DNA of 64,000 bases from Rubripirellula sp. (GTDB lineage: Bacteria > Planctomycetota > Planctomycetia > Pirellulales > Pirellulaceae). The notes beneath the pieces were generated by a model that was given only the letters and a program-made list of their open reading frames with translations, was not told the origin of the DNA and did not search any database. A program made the translations under genes and the position numbers. The stretch's first letter is position 1, and the number at the start of each line of letters is the position of its first letter. The DNA is taken from assembly GCA_965216875.1 (NCBI GenBank), contig OZ244207.1, positions 1,152,001-1,216,000 on the forward strand, read 5' to 3'. Below, in pieces: positions 61,578-64,000 of the stretch.

Positions 61578-63809
61578 TCACTTTTTCAGGTCAGTGACAT
61601 CCGCCCAGTAGAGGTGGTGCTCCGTTAGAACGCCTGCTCGAAAGCCCTTGGGGTGTGGCAAGATCTGTTTCACTTCAGGGGCACGCCCCGCAGTCACATT
61701 GAACGCTTGAACTCGGCTCCCCCCGGCGTTGAAGACGATCAGTGGAAGCTCATGACTATTGGCATAGATGAGTCTTGCGCGGACATCGACTGCGATTGCT
61801 GCGGGGTAGGCGCCGGATTCGATCGAGATTGCGGGGATCGAAAAGTCGTTGGTCTTAAAGATGTAGGTGCCGTACCTCAGCCTTGGCAACGTTCCTGCTT
61901 GCGAATTACCGCCGCCGCTCGGCGCGGCAACCAAACGAGAGTTGGAGCTGACAACGATCGGTGACCGCCGTCCTGATCGAATTCGGGGCGTTGATTCCTC
62001 AACGACGATGCGATCTTGATCGACTCGCAATCGAATGAGTGCTTCGATTCCACCTTCGATAAACAAGTACTTACCGTCCGGGGACGCGACCAGCGTCTCT
62101 GGTTTGAACATTTGCACACGCAGATTTCCTGCGTCCGGTTCGATGGTTGCGATCGACTTGCCTCGCGCGAGGTCGATTTGATGGATTAACAGTTGGCGAA
62201 CACCCGTTGCAACGTACGCGACTGAGGTTTGCGCTGAGCACGCGATGGACGTTAGCCCAGCGACTTGGATGCTCCGCTTGATTTCCAGCGTTTGTTCATC
62301 AATCACAACTGCCCTCTGCACGCTGGTCATGACGGCAACCAATCCAACTTGGCTTCGAGTGAGTTGGCCACACGCTCCTTCGAGTTTGGTTTCGGCAATC
62401 AGCTCGCGACTCTCAACCGAGTATTTTTTGAGTGATCCAGATTTCGATAGCGTGTAGGCGGCCGCCCCGTCACTTGACCAACAAAATGAACTAACCAAAT
62501 CCTCAGGTGATTCGTTGAAGGATTTCAATCCGCCTACATTCTCAGCGCCCGCATTCAAAACGCCCCCGCTCGAAACGCCCGGCCCGCGTTTCGGCATGCT
62601 AGGCAAAGGGTTTGGACGCGATGGATGCGGATCGGTACTCGGTGGTTGCGTGCCAGGGACGCGTCCGCTCGCGATGTGAGGATCTTGTTCGGCAGGGCGT
62701 TTTACGACGGCCTTGGTGGCTTTGCCTCGGTAGATCACGAGAGCTTGGCCGATTTCGGGAAGGTCGATCGAGGTTGGAATGGACCAACGCTCCGACCCAT
62801 CCAGCATTGTTAGACGATGTTGCAGGATGACTTTCGCACCATGCTTTCGACGCCATAGGACGGTGGCAATTCGAGCATTGCCATCGATACGCAGGTCCGT
62901 ACTCATCGCGTTTGGCGCTTTGACTTGTTCCCATTGTCCCTGGTCGTTGGGTGTCGGTGGCAAAGTGGGCGCACTGGCAATGTGAAGGTCGATGTTTTTC
63001 ACCAGCGACATGGGGTCATGAAGCATCGTGCGAACTTCCAATTGCATTTTGTTGCTGGCGTTTCTGCCGCGCACGAGCAACATTGGGCCGGCTTGCCCCT
63101 TCAGCAACGCGTTGAGTTGATCAACGGGAATCGCCATCCCGATTTGCGTGCCGCTCACTTTGGCAACGGCAATCCCAATGAGCTTGCCGTCCGCCCCGAC
63201 AATTGGGCCACCCGAGTTACCAGGATTGATGCTGCCATCAATTTGAATGGCGGCGACGCGACGCGCATCGTCCCGCCGAATGCTCGATACCGTGCCGCGC
63301 GACACGGTGATCGCCGGTCCCCGTGCACCTGCTGACAATGCCTCGCCAAACGGAAAACCCGCGATGTAGACAGGCAATGTTTCATACAAATCGGTCTCGT
63401 TCATCGAAGGGATGGTTTCAGGCAACGCATCCGATTCGACTTTGACAATCGCTAAGTCTCGAAGCGGTTCGCTGGTGACCACCTCACCAACGACTTCAAA
63501 CTCTTCGGGTTGGCCGCTATTGAAAACAACAATGGTCTTACCTGGCTTTCCTCCATCCAGCGTTACGACGTGTGAGTTCGTTACGACAAAGCCGACCTCG
63601 CCCTCTTTCCGCAATAGGAATCCCGAACCCGTTTGCGCTTCATCGCCCCCTTCGAGTCGAATGAAAACGGTCGATTTCTTGAGGCGTTCGATCCCTGCAC
63701 GATCAAGCCGACCCGAATCTTGAGCGAGTGTGATGGTTGGAATCGCCAACGTCACAGCGATTGCGCCAAGAAGAATCGGCGCCCACAGATGACGAAGAAT
63801 TGGTTTCAT
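61578..63809 (-). CDS. Secreted trypsin-like (S1C) serine protease with a C-terminal beta-propeller
   Basis: Signal peptide; GSGF, TNSHVV, RDLA, IQIDGSINPGNSGGP; Pro-rich linker; 'SSDG', 'SPDGKYLF' and 'HPKG' propeller-like repeats; no PDZ domain. Confidence 0.87.
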   Translation of the reverse strand: MKPILRHLWAPILLGAIAVTLAIPTITLAQDSGRLDRAGIERLKKSTVFIRLEGGDEAQTGSGFLLRKEGEVGFVVTNSHVVTLDGGKPGKTIVVFNSGQPEEFEVVGEVVTSEPLRDLAIVKVESDALPETIPSMNETDLYETLPVYIAGFPFGEALSAGARGPAITVSRGTVSSIRRDDARRVAAIQIDGSINPGNSGGPIVGADGKLIGIAVAKVSGTQIGMAIPVDQLNALLKGQAGPMLLVRGRNASNKMQLEVRTMLHDPMSLVKNIDLHIASAPTLPPTPNDQGQWEQVKAPNAMSTDLRIDGNARIATVLWRRKHGAKVILQHRLTMLDGSERWSIPTSIDLPEIGQALVIYRGKATKAVVKRPAEQDPHIASGRVPGTQPPSTDPHPSRPNPLPSMPKRGPGVSSGGVLNAGAENVGGLKSFNESPEDLVSSFCWSSDGAAAYTLSKSGSLKKYSVESRELIAETKLEGACGQLTRSQVGLVAVMTSVQRAVVIDEQTLEIKRSIQVAGLTSIACSAQTSVAYVATGVRQLLIHQIDLARGKSIATIEPDAGNLRVQMFKPETLVASPDGKYLFIEGGIEALIRLRVDQDRIVVEESTPRIRSGRRSPIVVSSNSRLVAAPSGGGNSQAGTLPRLRYGTYIFKTNDFSIPAISIESGAYPAAIAVDVRARLIYANSHELPLIVFNAGGSRVQAFNVTAGRAPEVKQILPHPKGFRAGVLTEHHLYWADVTDLKK

Positions 63810-64000
63810 ATCGTGGCTTTGCTCAGGTCGAACAACGGTGGCCCTTTGAGCAAGCCAGTTTAGCCGAAACTTGTGGCGTTGGTTCCACAGGGACAAAGTA
63901 GGCTCCACCGCAAATTCTTGCGCACTTGGGCCAATGTCCGTACGGCGCTGGCTGTGAGGCCTCGGGCCCTTGCCCGAGCGTAGTCGGGTTCAGGCCTGCG

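Overview
A ~58% GC (estimated by eye) chromosomal window from a planctomycete, most likely Pirellulaceae. The assignment rests on a PSCyt/DUF1549-type cytochrome protein, two giant 'LExRxLL/MLA' surface proteins, an ECF sigma-Ser/Thr kinase pair and many GTAG-type REP repeats. Housekeeping genes (glgX, cls, dapA, ymdB, proA, fliM, HU, yidD, ygfZ, lepA, gpgS, initiator tRNA-Met) are mixed with accessory surface, signalling and carbohydrate genes. I see no integrase, transposase, prophage or CRISPR array. The best candidate for an undescribed system is at 14209-17026: an ECF sigma factor is translationally coupled to an anti-sigma-like membrane protein whose sensory part is a CcsA/ResC-type WWD heme-handling module. 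That module keeps both periplasmic His ligands but lacks the transmembrane His, and it lies divergent from an outer-membrane beta-barrel gene, suggesting a heme- or cytochrome-maturation-sensing regulator. Other highlights are a secreted 23%-Cys repeat protein, an adhesin carrying thioredoxin and cyclophilin domains, two tail-collar paralogs with near-identical tips but heavily diverged synonymous sites, a GIY-YIG protein with a signal peptide, an aldos-2-ulose-dehydratase-like propeller beside a DUF1080 enzyme, and composite BIME-like repeats. Family assignments come from motif recognition and recalled family knowledge; no searches were run.
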